DNA of 63,152 nt, filler included, from Saprolegnia diclina VS20 (lineage: Eukaryota), in NCBI RefSeq assembly GCF_000281045.1. It is 16 parts of 6 records of this genome, joined end to end, with 100 filler letters (N's around TTAATTAATTAA, not from the genome) between each part and the next. Parts side by side here need not be neighbours in the genome. Positions count along the whole stretch, not along the records: positions 48,194 to 63,152 come from NW_008246262.1; 15 more parts are not named here. One strand, written 5' to 3'. Under the pieces are notes generated by a model. That model saw only the letters and a list, made by a program, of their open reading frames with translations. It was not told the DNA's origin and searched no databases. Each line of letters opens with the position of its first letter. Positions within the stretch are counted from its first letter, which is position 1. This document shows positions 59,721 to 63,152 of this stretch, in pieces. A program made the position numbers and the translations under genes.

Positions 59721-61121
59721 GAGTATTCGAGACTTGGAACCGATGCGATCCGGTCATATGCAGTGGCCGGTTGCGTGGTGCGTGCAACGAGAGTGCCTCG
59801 TTGCACGAGGCACATGCAGCGATGCGCCCGGATCCGGCATCTCGCTGGCGTCTCCTGACAGCGTGCAGCGTCTGCCTGACCGATTGCATCCCAACAGCTC
59901 GCAAGATGCGTTCGCAAACTGCGTGACCACCGCGGCGTTAAGTGACTCGTCGTGGCACACATGATCGTCGGGTTGCCCGAGCAGAAGTGAAAGGCTGCGA
60001 TCGCTAGTTGACGACAAAATGGCCCAAGGTTGTTTTCCTATTCTATCCGGATGCATGGGNNNNNNNNNNNNNNNNNNNNNNNNNNNNNNNNNNNNNNNNN
60101 NNNNNNNNNNNNNNNNNNNNNNNNNNNNNNNNNNNNNNNNNNNNNNNNNNNNNNNNNNNNNNNNNNNNNNNNNNNNNNNNNNNNNNNNNNNNNNNNNNNN
60201 NNNNNNNNNNNNNNNNNNNNNNNNNNNNNNNNNNNNNNNNNNNNNNNNNNNNNNNNNNNNNNNNNNNNNNNNNNNNNNNNNNNNNNNNNNNNNNNNNNNN
60301 NNNNNNNNNGGTTGGAATATCAACGGTTGCCGCTGGTTTCGTATGGCGTCGTCATTTTCACATGTGTTGTTCGAGACCACAACATCGCACGACTGAGTGA
60401 GTGGGAGCTTTGGTGTTGACACGCACTACGATGTAAAAATCGCACCAAGGACTGCTGCAATTTCCCTCATCAAGCGCGTATTTCATCACTGGACGCGTCG
60501 GGATCCTAGGTGGCGTGTTTGAATGGACGGGGTGCGACCGAAGGCGATAATTGCATATCCACCGCCGCCCTTCCAAGCCAGTCAAAAACCCCTCAACCAC
60601 CAGCTTGCTTTAGTGTCTACGCCATGCTTCAACAATCCGTGATATCGTCGCAAATTTGCGCATCGCGCTGGGAGTGGGTGCCTGACTTTAAGTCTTCTTT
60701 CTAGTCGGAGACTTGATATGAGACGACGCGCATTTGGTGCACTGCAGTATTTCATTACACTAACCCAATACGGATACTACTCGCCGAAGCCAGTCGGCTG
60801 TATTGACACGACCTGTGATACTCAAACTGCGCCGGATCTGCCAGCCATAACGTACCCGCTTACGGCACTCGACGGGGCTGACGTAGCATTGTTGCTTGGA
60901 ACGTGCGCGGCTTTGCGTGATGATGGCAGCAGTACGTAGCACAATCCCAACATAAAGTTTGCACACAGCACGCATGTGCCACTCCACCCATCGCGCTTTG
61001 CATTGATGAGTCTACCAAAGTACAGAGTCGCTAGCCAATACGATGGACTTCGGTTGCTCGCTCTTGTATTCCGACGGCAACGAGCAGAAGTGATGCGCCA
61101 CGTCCGTTGCAGTGTGGTAGT

Positions 61122-61577
61122 TTAAGGGCACGATGCGAAGCTACGGCTCTGCCTCGGCGATTGAAGGTTGTTCACAACAATAGGCTCGGGTGCCAGATCG
61201 TCGTCCTTGTCGTTGATGGTATCGTCAAACGCATCACGGTCAAGCTCGTCAGCGTTCTCCAACATGTGCTTGACAAGGTAGCGCACGATCGCCTGGGCCG
61301 TCGGTCGCTTCGTTGGGTCGTAGGCCACGCAGACGAGCTTTTTTAGCGAGGCCGGGCAGTTGGGCTGCAGTTTGGGGCAGAGGCGGCGGGCGTGCACCAT
61401 GTCAACGACGTTGCTCGCGTTGCCTTGGGCCGCGTACTGCTCGTTGTAAGTGTGCACCTCCGTGACGACGACGCCAAACGAAAAGATGTCGGCGGCCGTC
61501 GTGCACGCGCGGTCTCTGTCGGGATTTTTGTTAAAGTCGCGAAATACTTCGGGCGCCATCCAGAGCTGTGACTCGAT
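61122..61577 (-). pseudogene. Protein kinase (TKL-like) C-lobe fragment
   Basis: WMAPEV, AADIFSFGVV, CVAYDPTKRPTA (subdomains VIII-XI); no HRD/DFG or N-lobe recognisable in the ~480 nt before the neighbouring gene. Confidence 0.7.
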
Positions 61578-62059
61578 GCTGCACCGACACGTAAGCTCAA
61601 GACAATGTATTGTCGACTGTTATGCAAAGAGAAAAACCAGGACCACTGGTTCGACTACGAGGAGTGCAGCCTCGGCAGCAGCTGAGTGAGGCGAGACGGA
61701 GCGTGTGAAAAGAACGATGTGGGCTTGAACTTGGGTTGATAGTTGGTTGATATACAGCGAATCCGGCGTGCTTAACTAGACACGCGCCACACGCCTGATT
61801 GAGACCCACAAATTGACACCAGCGTCTCGCATACGCCAGCCGCGCAATGATTCGTGGTCCATGCGCCGACAACAACTCCACAAGATAGCCCTAGCATCAT
61901 GGGTATTATTGACCCATGCCTAGCTTCGACTCGAAAAACGTCTCAACAGCGGCGGCCACACTCGCTCTCCGCAAACTGACAAAAATCAACAAACCAAAGA
62001 ACAACAACACGGTGGTATATATTTCTATGTGGGACACTACACTAGGTCCGTTTACTAAC

Positions 62060-63152
62060 TTAGGCCTTGACGTACGCCGCGTCCTTCTCGAACTCGTGCT
62101 CGTCCTCGCCAGCGATAAACGACTTGCGCGTCTCGTCGTTCTCGAGCGCGAGCTTGGCCTTGAACTCGTTGTCGATGTTGGACATGTCGCCGTCGTTGTT
62201 GTCAAACATGCAGAACCACGTGAGGACAAGCGCCGCCAAACAGATGCCGGCAAACGTGTACCACGTGCCAACGTAGCCAAAGCCGGGCGCCTTCACCCAG
62301 TGCGCAAAGCCGTACGAGCCAATGGCGGCACCCGCCTTGCCCATGGCGGCCGAGAAGCCATGGCACGAGCTCTTGATGGCCGTCGGGTACATTTCCGTGG
62401 GCATGACGAACGTCGACATGTTGGGGCCAAAGTTGGAGAAGAAGAGCGTCAAGCCAAAGAGGATGATGAAGAGCGCGCTCTGGCCCTTGATCGAGTCCCA
62501 CCAGATGGCGAGCACGAGGAAGATGATGGTCATCCACGTGAGACCCTGGAGCTGGATGAGCTTGCGGCCCATCTTGTTGATGAAAAAGCACGCGACGTAG
62601 TAACCCGGCAGCGCCACGAGCGAGATCAACACGTTCTGGAGCGCGATCGTCTTGAGCGTCGAGTTGGCGCCAATCACCGAGAGAATCGACGCCGAAAAGA
62701 GGTTTTGCGCGTAAAACACAATGTCAAAGAGGAACCACGTGCCAGCCGTACCGAGGAGGCTCTTGCCGTAGTGCTTGAGGATGAACGACCAGCGAATCTT
62801 CTTCATGTGCACTTCTTCCGCGAGCATCGTCTTATACACGTGCGTCTCTTCGGCCGTGATGCGGTAGTAGACAAGGAAGAGCGCCGGGAGGACACCGATG
62901 CCAAAGAGCACGCGCCACATGATCTCGAGCTGCTGCGGCGTGTCGTCGAGCACGTTGACCATGATGAGACCCATGATGCCGGCAATGAGGAAGCCGACAC
63001 CCTGGAGCGAAAACGTGAGCGCGACGCGGCGGTTGCGGTCGGCGGGCGACGTCGCATCTTCCGACGACGACGACGCCGCGAGCGGGTACTCGCCACCGAT
63101 ACCGAAACCGAGGATACCACGGGCAACGACGAGGAACCAAAGCGTACCGAGG
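62060..63152 (-). CDS. Inorganic phosphate:H+ symporter (PHS family MFS, Pho84/PHT1-like), 5' end outside window
   Basis: LGFGIGGEYPLAA, WFLFDIVFY, FFSNFGPNMSTFVMPTEMYPT, HGFSAAMGKAGA signatures. Confidence 0.95.
   Translation of the reverse strand, partial: LGTLWFLVVARGILGFGIGGEYPLAASSSSEDATSPADRNRRVALTFSLQGVGFLIAGIMGLIMVNVLDDTPQQLEIMWRVLFGIGVLPALFLVYYRITAEETHVYKTMLAEEVHMKKIRWSFILKHYGKSLLGTAGTWFLFDIVFYAQNLFSASILSVIGANSTLKTIALQNVLISLVALPGYYVACFFINKMGRKLIQLQGLTWMTIIFLVLAIWWDSIKGQSALFIILFGLTLFFSNFGPNMSTFVMPTEMYPTAIKSSCHGFSAAMGKAGAAIGSYGFAHWVKAPGFGYVGTWYTFAGICLAALVLTWFCMFDNNDGDMSNIDNEFKAKLALENDETRKSFIAGEDEHEFEKDAAYVKA

Overview
Fragmented eukaryotic draft-genome window. The gene content, 42-52 nt GT-AG introns and GCTCATT..TTT core promoters point to an oomycete, most likely Saprolegniales (inference). 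Many short contigs are joined by artificial N44-TTAATTAATTAA-N44 spacers, so adjacency across spacers is unproven. Recognisable genes: a PLAC8-family array, an ABCG/PDR transporter half, an elicitin-like protein with a probable GPI anchor, a Cys/His zinc-finger-repeat protein, a secreted multicopper oxidase, an M96-like bZIP protein, a bacterial-type acyltransferase-3/SGNH protein, a catalase-like heme protein, a GH18 chitinase, RINT1/TIP20, an IQ+ankyrin protein and a PHS-family phosphate transporter. Mobile-element debris includes two Helitron remnants, Harbinger and Tc1-type MITEs, a 74-bp solo-LTR-like insertion and a tRNA-like pseudogene. The most interesting observation is that splicing five short introns on the minus strand at 6014-8008 gives one polypeptide. 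It joins an F-box-like/LRR N-terminus and a coiled coil to a complete EGLN/PHD-type prolyl-4-hydroxylase domain, a candidate oxygen-sensing SCF adaptor. The ORF track shows it only as unrelated fragments. All family calls come from motif recognition by eye, not database searches.
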